Below are positions 39,327 to 50,612 of a stretch of DNA of 64,000 bases, piece after piece; within the stretch, counting starts at the first letter, position 1, and every line of letters begins with the position of its first letter. A model generated the notes under the pieces. That model was not told where the DNA came from. It searched no databases and worked only from the letters and a program-made list of their open reading frames with translations. A program made the position numbers and the translations under genes. Source of the stretch: Adineta vaga (Eukaryota; Animalia; Rotifera); the NCBI GenBank assembly GCA_021613535.1, contig CP075494.1, forward strand, positions 5,270,001-5,334,000. Reading direction: 5' to 3'.

Positions 39327-42300
39327 TTATGCCATGTCCACGGATTCGTTCCAGTTCTTATTTCTTTCTATCATATTCAACAGCTGATTCTTCACATCAC
39401 CTGAAATACTATTGCCATCCACATTCAATGAGATCAGTGTCTGTAATGTAATGCGACGATTTCAAAGAGATAGATAGATAATAAGCTACTTCCTTTACCT
39501 CGTTCGATTGTAGTGCATTGCTCAAATATTGTGCTCCTTTATCTCCAATACCATTGAGAGAGAGATGAAGTGTGGTGAGTGTCTTCAATGGAATGCAATG
39601 ATTGTCAAGATACTAGTTGAACGAATGTGGTATGTCTCACCTCGTTCGATTGTAGTGCATTGCTCAAATATTGTGCTCCTTTATCTCTAATACCATTGAG
39701 AGAGAGATGAAGTGTGGTGAGTGTCTTCAATGGAATGCAATGATTGTCAAGATACTAGTTGAACGAATGTAGTATGTCTTACCTCGTTCGATTGTAGTGC
39801 ATTGCTCAAATATTGTGCTCCTTTATCTCCAATACCATTTCCAGAGAGATGAAGTGTGGTGAGTGTCTTGAATGGAATGCAATGATTGTCAAGATACTAG
39901 TTGAACGAATGTGGTATGTCTTACCTCGTTCGATTGTAGTGCATTGCTCAAATATTGTGCTCCTTTATCTCCAATACCATTTCCAGAGAGATGAAGTGTG
40001 GTGAGTGTCTTGAATGGAATGCAATGATTGTCAAGATACTAGTTGAACGAATGTGGTATGTCTTACCTCGTTCGATTGTAGTGCATTGCTCAAATATTGT
40101 GCTCCTTTATCTCCAATACCATTGAGAGAGAGATGAAGTGTGGTGAGTGTCTTGAATGGAATGCAATGATTGTCAAGATACTAGTTGAACGAATGTGGTA
40201 TGTCTTACCTCGTTCGATTGTAGTGCATTGCTCAAATATTGTGCTCCTTTATCTCCAATACCATTTCCAGAGAGATCAAGTGTGGTGAGTGTCTTCAATG
40301 GAATGCAATGATTGTCAAGATACTAGTTGAACGAATATGGTATGTCTTACCTCGTTCGATTGTAGTGCATTGCTCAAATATTGTGCTCCTTTATCTCCAA
40401 TATCATTGTAAGAGAGATCAAGTGTGGTGAGTGTCTTCAATGGAATGCAATGATTGTCAAGATACTAGTTGAACGAATATGGTATGTCTTACCTCGTTCG
40501 ATTGTAGTGCATTGCTCAAATATTGTGCTCCTTTATCTCCAATATCATTGTAAGAGAGATCAAGTGTGGTGAGTGTCTTCAATGGAATGCAATGATTGTC
40601 AAGATACTAGTTGAACGAATATGGTATGTCTTACCTCGTTCGATTGTAGTGCATTGCTCAAATATTGTGCTCCTTTATCTTCAATACCATTGTAAGAGAG
40701 ATCAAGTGTGGTGAGTGTCTGTCAAAGGAAGAACTATAGCAGTTTAGTACTATAATGATCAAACTTGCAGCATGTTTGTTTGTAATCTTATTCGACAAAA
40801 TCCTGACCTTTTGACTATTTGTGGTATAGGTAAGTGACAGTTATGTTTTGGTTAGTGGAACTGGAAGTGGACAATCGATTCAGTTCTCAGGAATTACTGA
40901 AGATGAGTTGTAACACACTTATGTGTAAACAGTTTTTGTAGCATATAGATTAATCGACGATAGAATGAGTGATTTGAGCGGAAGGTTGGCTACTAAAGGG
41001 TTGGTTAAGCTAGTTTTTGGCTTTCATATAGTTTGATTTGTAGTACATGAATAAACTTATGAGTCGATAAATTTGGATAAATGGGAATGAGAAGTATTAC
41101 AAAGAATTATCAACGGTACGAATATTCATGTTGAAGGATAGTTAACCGTGGAATGCTGCGAATATACACAGTGATTGGGGTCATATGAAGATTTGTGTGT
41201 TATTCAACCTATATTATCATGTCGACGAGATAAACTTGATATTGCCGCTTGAGCAAACATTTCGAGTTCAGTGAAAAAAGAAAGTTAGTTATTAGATACA
41301 TTTCGCTCTTTGAGCGTGACGGAGAATAGGGATTTAGCTCAATGTTGCCCATTTGTTTCAATGGAAAACAGTGTCTGTGGAGAGAGAAGTTGTTCTAAAT
41401 GGAACCTCAACTACACTCTAAGGTCGGATTGATCCTAAGTTTTTTGCATCCTTTAATTCCTATATTTTCTGATATCTTCTATCCGTTCCATATATTTTAA
41501 TCAATATTGATATATTTTTTAGAGCTTTGAAGGGTTCTATCAACATGTAGTAAAAAATTGAAAACTGACCGAAATATGAAAGAAATATAGAATGGCAACA
41601 AGTATAGGAATACAGAAACTATATGTCGAATCAGATCCTAGCTTACACTACTTATTACAAATAGTAAAACCAGAAATTTGAGTTGAATCTTTTTTTTTGT
41701 TGAAATCAACTAGAGTAGACAATAGTTGGTTCTACGGTATGTCGAATATGTTATTGTCGATGAAGTAATAATACAACACAATGCTGAAACTTGTCAATTG
41801 TTTGATTCATTATTTTGGAAATAATAGATTTTTTATCATATATTGGTCTATTTTATCTATTAAGATTTTATGCTTTTCGCCTCAGAATCAATCTTATATC
41901 TTTGCATTATTCGAAATGGTTTTGTATTGAACACTCGACTAATGCTGCTCAACTAGCATTCAGGCAAGGCGATACTGATAGCCGTATCGTTATCTATTTG
42001 TCGCAATTATTATAAGAGATAGACGTATTTTCAACTTCAAGTCTATTTATTTGTCGAAATAAAACGAGCAAATGGGCAAGATCTTGTTTATTCTAATGAA
42101 AAGAAGAAAAATAGAGTGGAACACATCAGAAATTTCCCTGAATAAAACGAATTCAAGTCTATTTATATATTGATGTAATGATAAAAGATGGAAGTTTCCT
42201 GACTGAAGTGGTGTATCTATCACGAGCTATAATTTAAATCAATCTATCATAGTAGGGAAGTTCAGATAAACCAAGATATTGTAATAAAATTCGCACAAAC

Positions 42301-45300
42301 TTTGCATCGTCTAATATTTGTTTAGGATAAATACGTTAGCATTTCCAAATACTAAAAGCAAATGTGTTTTCTTACCGTGTTGTTTTGTATTGCCTTTGAG
42401 ATAATTATTTTCACATCTTGTTGATTCAATTGCAGATAAGATAAACACAACACCGCGCTATCTTTATGACTCGCAATTCGTTGTTCGAGTTCTTCATTGT
42501 GATAAAGAAATGTTTTCTCAGCTAACATGAAGTCTAAAGAAAGTAACAAAATACAAAATATATGATTACTAAGAAAATCAATGATTTGAACCAAAATCTA
42601 ACGGCACTACAAAGAATATAATTCTTGTTTGAACAAAAAGTATAACTTGTCAAAGCTTTCATCTCGAAAGATCAGCTTTGGTTTCGAAAGTATTGTTATC
42701 AAGTATGGTTTTTGTACAGAAACAATTTTTTGAAGATTTCATAATTGAATAAAGTAAATGTGAAGTGTACCACTGCTCATCCTGTTAATGTAGAATTTAG
42801 CATTTCGAATGATTTGTTTATTTAATATGCAATCTGTGAATGAGTTCACATGAATATCTAGTGAAATCATCGTTCTTAATTTCAAATCAAGCATTCAACA
42901 ACTTTTCTGAACTGCGTATTGAAACATATCAAAACATCCAGCGTTAACTGAATCTATTCATCCGATCAACTTTTTATTAGAGCTGTACAATTTACGCTCA
43001 CGCTCATGACCATCGTGTAGCCGTAACAGCTAGCTCTATTATGAGGGCTGCCAATGGCGGTTCATTGTGTCACACCAGTCAACAATGATTAAAAAAGACT
43101 TTATTTTCATAGTATAGCTCAAAGAAGATTGTAACGCTCATTACAAATGAGCGTGAATTATACCACCCGAATTTTCATACTTATTCTATAATGTTCAAAC
43201 TTGAATTCTCAGAGTAATCCACGATCTCAGATGCTTCAGCATTTGAACTGATTAATTTCTCACAAATGATTATTGTTTGACATTATGAAACTTCTTTATT
43301 TTCAGTTCTCAACTTAATTTTAAACTATACGCACAGATATATTTTTCTGATGAGTAGTCAACTATCAAGTTTACTTAACTAATTTAAATATGCTTTATAG
43401 ATATTATCAATCAATTAATCATCTCCTACTGATTTCAGTAGTACATAACTGTCGTTATCAATAACGAACTTATATATTCAGAATAAAGTCGTACGTTTTC
43501 TCTGGCCTAATATCATGAGAAGATACTCAAGTATTATTATTCGTTTACCTATTTCTGCTGCTATTGTTCCTGTAGTACTTGCTCTTGATTCGATAGAACT
43601 AAAATAAAAATATGCGCAAGTCATACAACAAAGAGATCTTTGTAGCTATGTCTTTTTAGTTCATACTTGTCACTTGAGCCATTTGGATTTGAATTCGACA
43701 TAAAATCTTGTCCATACACCTAAATAATGTGATATTTTCATATAGCTTTGATGTAAGACGAAGAATTAAACGATAGTGTACCTCTTGATTACCATGATTC
43801 ATTGGTTGATTATGAAAATTCTCAGTAGTTGTTGATGTATTAATAATCTTTGACGAAAATTGCTGTTCGGGTGTGTTAATCTATGTGATTTTTATGATTT
43901 CAGACATATTAAGGATCCAAAAAAATGCTAGCTTACCATAACTTCTGTCTCTTTCCTTGTTTTGGTTTTGTTCATTTTAATATGGTTCGCTGTCGTCGGA
44001 GTGACATCAAAGTCTGGATTATCTGCCAGGTCAAAAATAAATATCATAAGTGTCAACAAGAAATATAACAAGTTATAAGTAATAAGTGGATATTTCAAAG
44101 TATGATTAAAGGAATTGTTTCATACAGACAAAAGTTCCTATTTCTCTCGCTTGATTTGTCTAAAAAAGACTAAGATAAGAATAACAGGACAACTAAGGAG
44201 GATCATTCTACATTGATTCTATACGTGAAACTTTCAAAGTGACATTTAATGATTCGATTTTACTGAGTCTGAATTTTAAAAGATAAAAACTATTTTTCTG
44301 AACGACACTCGACGACTGGAGGAATCTCCCAATATCACTACTTACTATTCGTCAATTCAGAACGATTGCGCTGAACAAGATTAGTTTGCTGTTGACCAGA
44401 ATACTCCATCGTCTCTACTCTAGTATCCATAAGAAAATTCGTGATCCGGTCGATATTGCCAGTAACAATCGTCGGAAAAGATAGATAAGATGTATCTTGG
44501 TCCACTTGATTGATAGCATTGGACGAAGAAATGGAAATTAACGGTTTGTTTTCAAGTGAATAGAAGAATTGTTGTATATGAGCAAACTCATTTTTAGCTC
44601 TACTAAATTCTATTCCATCTATCTCAGCTTTTTGTGACTGTTCCATCAATACACAACCAACTTTTGTTTCTACTCGATTGGCTAATCGATATTTCCATTG
44701 GACTTTGCTCTCGTCGATATATCTGTTTTTTCGGTCGAGTTCCATTCGAAGCACATTAAATCGATTATCAATAATGTTACGCATGATTTGTTGCCATTTA
44801 TGAAGATCTTCTTCGCAATTCTCCCGGCCACTAATAATATCTATTGCCTGAATTTTTTTGAATAAATCCTAGAAAAAAGGACAACTACAATTACTCATTT
44901 TATAGTAAGTTATAGTTGAGTGGAAGACAAAGAATTAGATTCACTCTGTTATTTGTCGGACTAATTTTTCAAACAAAGTGACTTTAACAATAGAAATATG
45001 CTGAACATTTATAATTAGAATATTGTTTTCATAGAATATGACAATATACCTCTGTTTCACCTAATAGACGCTTTATTTCTTCTTTGAGCTGTTGCTGATG
45101 TTGCACGCCATGTGGAAGACAAAATGATGATGGACAATGACTGCATTTATAAGACGCCACATCTCGACAACTAAAATAATCACTAGATGATGGAGGCATA
45201 TATTCACACTTTCCTGTATGTGCTATTCTGTTTTGGTTATTTTGATTGTCAGTAGAATTCTCAGCTAATAAATGTGTAAATATTGAAAAATATATAAACT

Positions 45301-45797
45301 ATGTGGTAAATGATGTCACAATAGTTACCTGATCGTTCAATGGTTATAGAAGAATGAGTCATATACATTCCATTAATAGATCCTGTGTCGTTACCTATAT
45401 GTTGCATTTGTTCGAGACCAACATGTGGAACAGTACTCTGTCCATTTAAATAAATTGGCGTTGTTGCTCCATGCATATTTTCTGAAATAGATGGAAAAAA
45501 GAAAGATATCGTTAGACATTTCTACTTAATACTCAACGAAGACATACCATGTCCCTCACAAAAGTTTGAGCTAGCACAATTTTCATCGGACAAATCTGAG
45601 TTAATTGCAGTGGCATGTTGACGATTTTTTTTTTCAGTCAAATGTCGAGCACATAAACCTTCTCGTTGAGATTGTTTCTGGCAGTTATCGATTGAACAGA
45701 TGCGCCGCCATTTATCGTTAACGAGTCTCTTTTTCACATCACTGTGAGCCAACGATTTAACGCGTGTCTTATTTTTGGTGACTTTACTTGGTATCAT
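39327..45797 (-). CDS. ZnF/B-box-like/coiled-coil/LRR family member 4 with nine near-identical single-exon LRRs
   Basis: Exon 1 (45797-45548) has CSIDNCQKQSQREGLCARH. B-box-like exon 45264-45050 reads CEY..CRDVASYKCSHCPSSFCLPHGVQH. Coiled-coil exon 44868-44346; N-cap exon 42533-42376. Nine LRR exons lie in 39499-40718 and the terminal exon 39440-39327 ends in TAA. The linker exons (43500-44300) could not be phased unambiguously, so intactness is unproven. Confidence 0.78.
39497..40720 (-). repeat. Tandem repeat with a 142-bp unit (84-nt LRR exon + 58-nt intron); 9 exons and 8 introns
   Basis: Exons begin at plus-strand coordinates 39499, 39641, 39783, 39925, 40067, 40209, 40351, 40493 and 40635. 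Each reads ag|TLTTL(H/D)LS(L/G/Y)N(G/D)I(G/R/E)DKGAQYLSNALQSNE|gt on the minus strand. Confidence 0.97.
41418..41641. mobile_element. Possible decayed MITE in an intron of family member 4
   Basis: Left end ctaaggtcggattgatc is an imperfect match to the reverse complement of the right end, ctaggatctgattcgac. There is weak subterminal inverted similarity (ttcctata), and tacact occurs on both flanks. Confidence 0.3.
42978..43170. mobile_element. Candidate hAT-like MITE (193 bp) in an intron of family member 4
   Basis: Left end tagagctgtacaatttacgctca versus right-end reverse complement tcgggtggtataattcacgctca. The flanks ctttttat and attttcat match at 6 of 8 positions (possible TSD). The acgctca motif is repeated subterminally. 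Confidence 0.5.
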
Positions 45798-47496
45798 ATG
45801 TTCAAATATGTATTAAATCTAGAACGAAAGTCGCAAATATTATTATGTCAAATCATAAAGGTTGTCTGCAATAAAGAAATTACGAGAAAAGACACATAAA
45901 GTACTAATACTTTCAAAGAGAATTATTATACGGAGCAGCTGGTTGAAAAAAAAATATTATAACATTGGACGTTGTGACTCTATAAAATATTAGTAACTAA
46001 ATATAAATAAGTAATTATTAGAACATTTTTTGGTATATTATAATATTTTTTGTATTAAATAATAAGAAATGAGAATGTCTTTTGTGCCCGCAGCCAAGAA
46101 TCATGTACAAAACACCTCTTTCGGTTGTTCTCCTGCACTTTCTAAAGATAATTTACGATGTTCCACTTGTATTGTGATTTCTTGGAGCAATTTTAAAACT
46201 GAATTATAATGTAATCGAGCAATGCCGTTTTCTTCACAAACAGAAGCTTGGTGAATATTCTTTTGGATTAGAAAAAGCTGCATAGCAAGATTATCCATAT
46301 CTTTTTCAATTAAAGAAGATAAAAAGATATTTTCATCTATTATAAGAAAGGTGCATCTTACCTAATTCCATACGAGTAACACAAACGATCAAAAGTTGAG
46401 CCGAAGGGATAAGTTTGTATACAAATGACATTCTGCTTCGAAATCACTAGACTTTTATATACAGCGTATGATACTATGGTCATGAATAGAGAATATTCCA
46501 TTTTTGCCATCAGTACGTCCAATTTAGGCTTGCGTCTACGTCCACGTCCGTCACAATAAGCGTTTTTGCTTTCTCAATTCTTTTACTCTAATAGCAAAAG
46601 TACTTTTTTCTTATCTTTATTTTATGTTTACCTCAAATCTCCAACTTGTATTTTTGTTTCGAAATTATATTTTTTACAAACTTACTTTCTCTTCCAACCT
46701 AAGTGAGTGTGTCTTTACATCCTTACGTATGATAAAAAGAAATAGAAAAAACACTAACCAAACAAAAGAAAAGAACGAGCAAACCATTTGCGTCAGTCTT
46801 CTCTACGTCTGATCGTCAAATTCTGTAGATATAAAATTTATTTAAAAAATGAGAAAGAACAAAGTTTATGATTGCAGTTCATACCTGTTTAGTATCGCGA
46901 ACATTTCATTAATCTACGTCTCTCTTGGCTTGTTTTGTTTTTGAAAAAACTATTCGACTATAATGATAAGATCATATTGAATATTACAAACGATTATGAT
47001 CAATTTTGCTATTAAATATCGATCATAAAAAAGACACCAAAGAACCTGAGTTCACTTCGAAGATATTTATATACGCATATTCATCTTATAATCATATAGT
47101 TTGTATGTTTTATTTTTGTTATCATAAGTACAATCAGAAAAAATAGATCTACCAGTTGGTTTAGGGTTTTTTTCGAAACAGATTATTCATACATATGGAT
47201 TGAATAAAGAGTAAAGAATTGATTCTGACTTATATCAATAAAATTTAAAAATCTAGATTACTTTCAAATCAAGTAAGGAATACTCTATGCCTTTACAGTT
47301 CAGCATGACAACGAATATTGTGCAAGTCCAATCGTATCTGTGTGTATATCGTGAATATAAACTTTTATCATACATTATATAGTTTAATACAGGTCATACC
47401 AGATCATCAAATACACATGAATTAAATGAGTGGATGAAAATTAATCAATAAAAAGTTAATTTTTCTTCTGAACTACAATCATATTAATGAATAATA

Positions 47497-47568
47497 GGGT
47501 TAGTGGTCTAGTGGTATGATTTTCGCTTAGGGTGCGAGAGGTCCGGAGTTCAATTCTCCGCTAACCCC
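47497..47568 (+). tRNA. tRNA-Pro(AGG)
   Basis: GGGTTAG TGGTCTAGTGGTATGATT TTCGC TTAGGGT GCGAG AGGTC CGGAG TTCAATT CTCCG CTAACCC C. It has canonical A and B boxes and a downstream T-run terminator. Confidence 0.96.
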
Positions 47569-49298
47569 GATTTGTTCTTTTTTTCATTCAATTAACATCA
47601 TGCTAATGATTTTTCAATTCGTTCATTTCTTTCATAGAATCTTTCTAATCATATGATACGTCAGTTTCAAATACATATGTTCATACTTTGAACTTTGAAT
47701 GAAAACCATGAAATATAGCTATTCTTTTCAAGAAAATATTTTATTCAAATATAATATAAAAAAGAATTTATTTTACAAAATAAAAAAAAAGAAATGCATT
47801 CATAAATTCAATCAGCACACATCTATTCCTTTTTTTCCATCTGTCATTTTTTCTCATTCAATGACTCATCGTCTGTCATCGGACGTCCATTAGAAATGTC
47901 ATTTTTCCTCTATTGCAAACACTGATTCTTCAAACTCTACCATAGAACTGGTTACTCAAAACAGAAATAAAATCGATCGAAAATTGATGTTTATAATCAT
48001 AAATGCGAAAGCGAATGTATCATAAAAGTTCAATAAGATTGATTTTCTTGTTTGACAACGTTACAAAAAAAGAATTAGTCATTCCATTGTTTAATCATTG
48101 TAACCTATGAGAAAGAAAAACGATGAAATTCGTATTCATGTCAACAAAGCAGGACTGTGATATGAATTTAAAAAGTCCAGCACATGACACAGTCTCTTTG
48201 ATGACACAAAGAATATCGTCGTAGTCGATTCATGTGATTTCCATTCCACCAAAGCTGGCTGTGATATGATTTCATTTGTACATAATCACAACCAGTAGGC
48301 GGAATAGTTTCAATTCACAACAGATTTCATTTCTATTATTATTGTTGTTGTTATTTTCTTTTTTGACTTTGAATTTGTCTGTCGAATAAAAAAGACATTC
48401 TTTGGAAAGACAGACTAGTAAGGTGAGCAATCATTAATCAACATCTCACTACCCATGTCTTTCATAGAAGATCTTTTCACGATAAATCCATTTACCTTAT
48501 CTCGATCGAATTTTGGATGACCTTACCCGTTAGTTTTGTGTTCGGACAATGTCTGACATGCATCTTCTTTATATAGGCACACTGTAGAAAAAAAAAAGAA
48601 AAAGAAGGAAATGAACGCGGACGGCGGAATATATCCGACGGCCATTGTTCGTGCTTGACCTCGTCCTCCTCTCATTTCCATCAGCCAATTGGCTCAATGC
48701 CCATGAAGAAAATTTTTCTTTCCTATTTGGCAAATCTCCAGTTTCCTTCTTCATCTCCTTCTGAACTTTTCCTCTCAACTCATTTCTTTCGTCTTCTCTC
48801 GCTGCTTCTTCTTCTTTTTTTCTTGTATATATTAGCAACCGACGGGCATATGTGTCAAAAATGACGTAGATGGGAGGAATGGTGGCGCCCGTCGACGGTC
48901 ACATGAGAAAGAAAAACAATTAGAATTCTATGTGTTCGATTAGACAGACGAACTAAGTGAAAGGCACATGGCAAATATTTAGATGAAACGAAATAAGAAA
49001 AAAACACCGAGAAATGTGTATGTAAGATGAAAATAAAGACAGCTACTGGCGACATCACATCCGCTTGTTAGATATTACATTAAGATGAGATATACAAACA
49101 TTGTACATTTAAATCGATTAACAGTCGAATGAAATTGGACAAGGAAAAAAAATTTACACATTCAAAATGAGAATTTCCGGTATGAAAATGAAGAATGAGT
49201 CAAATGTGTATCATGATATTTAATGTGAAAAATAAAAATGAAAAGCATCGATCCGAAACATTTGATTTTGATGAAAATCAAGGTTTCTATTTCGAATT

Positions 49299-50592
49299 AT
49301 GTATTATCAAATTGGAGTATTATCGAGTTTTACACTTCTATTAATTATAATTCATCTTCATTTAACAATTAATTCATTTGAAAAACAAAATGCAACACTT
49401 TCTGTCTATTTATGTTCACAATTTCCTTCTTCACAAGGATATTTTCAGAATAATTTCACAGATTCTTTCTTGTTGAATTATCCGAAGATATGTAAACCTG
49501 ATGATATTCTTCTAATTTATATTCTTTCAAAAGTCGAACATATTCAACAACGAAAACGTATTCGTCAAACATGGGCAAATAAATATCAATATGGACAATT
49601 ATTTCAAACATGTTTTATTTTTCTCATTGGTCTTACCAATGATTCTCAACAGATATTTTCCGAAGCCAAGACATATGGTGATCTTGTTCAAGTCAATATC
49701 AATGAAACAGATGAAAGTAATGTTTATCAAGAAATTGCTGGATTGAAATGGTCATATATCTATGCATCACATATTCCATATCTATTTAAAACGAGAGATA
49801 GTATTATGATTGATACATTGTTATTAAGTGATATTACAAGATTATTGATTGATAATCGAATTGTTCATAGTGATTATTTACAAAAACATTATGAATTGAA
49901 AAATTTTACAGAAGATTTATTATTTGAAAATAAATATACTTTATTCAAAGGAACTGAACGATTAGGAATAAAAACAATACGTCGTGGGAAATTTGCACTG
50001 AATTATTTAGCTTGGAATGGTGATTATCTTCCTGAATATTGTAGGTATGTGTGTATGTATGTCTATAGATGAATATTTTTTCCAAATAAATATGTCATTC
50101 TAGTAGTGCTGGATACTTATTATCATCATTGATACGTGATCGTCTTTATCAAGCATCGCTTTGTTTTGGTATAAATTTTTTGAAACTGTTCTTGAATTGA
50201 AAGAGAAAAAACAATTCTTTTTATTTTTTTTAGCCAAGGAATATGTATTACCAATGGGTGATTTATTTGTCTCAGGTTTTCTTGCCAATGCAGCATCTGT
50301 TCGATGTAGTAATTGGCGAATGGAATATTTACATGCATCTCATAGTTGTGCAGAATATTTTCAAAAGCAACCACAATTACTTCTCTGTTCAACTTCAATG
50401 GATTTCGATGATCAAGGATGGCCAGCAATTCTCTATCGACATTCATTAACGAATCAAACAATTGAAGAATCACGAAGAAAATACATAGCTTTATTACAGA
50501 AACAATTCAAACAAAAATCTATAATAAAAGAATCAATAATCGAACAAATACAAAATAATTCTATAGATCAAGATTTTTTTTTGAGAATGTAA
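49299..50592 (+). CDS. GT31 (beta-1,3-galactosyltransferase-like) type II membrane protein with degenerate catalytic motifs, 3 exons
   Basis: N-terminal TM helix, RKRIRQTWA, FLIG, EAKTYGDLVQ and YLPEYCSSAGYLLS. Introns are 50045-50103 and 50169-50232. Confidence 0.8.
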
Positions 50593-50612
50593 AAAATAAA
50601 AACGATGAATTT

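Noticed and set aside
39497-40720. CRISPR array, or the five plus-strand 63-aa ORFs (MCSFISN...)
   Set aside because: There are no unique spacers or cas genes and the context is eukaryotic. The minus-strand exon/intron reading explains the repeat fully, so the plus-strand ORFs are shadows.
46080-46450. Short exon-like segment around ORF 46101-46298
   Set aside because: No start, no partner exons and no recognisable domain.
47700-49200. Cluster of short ORFs on both strands
   Set aside because: They are low-complexity purine/pyrimidine tracts, probably promoter or UTR sequence; I could not build a spliced gene model.
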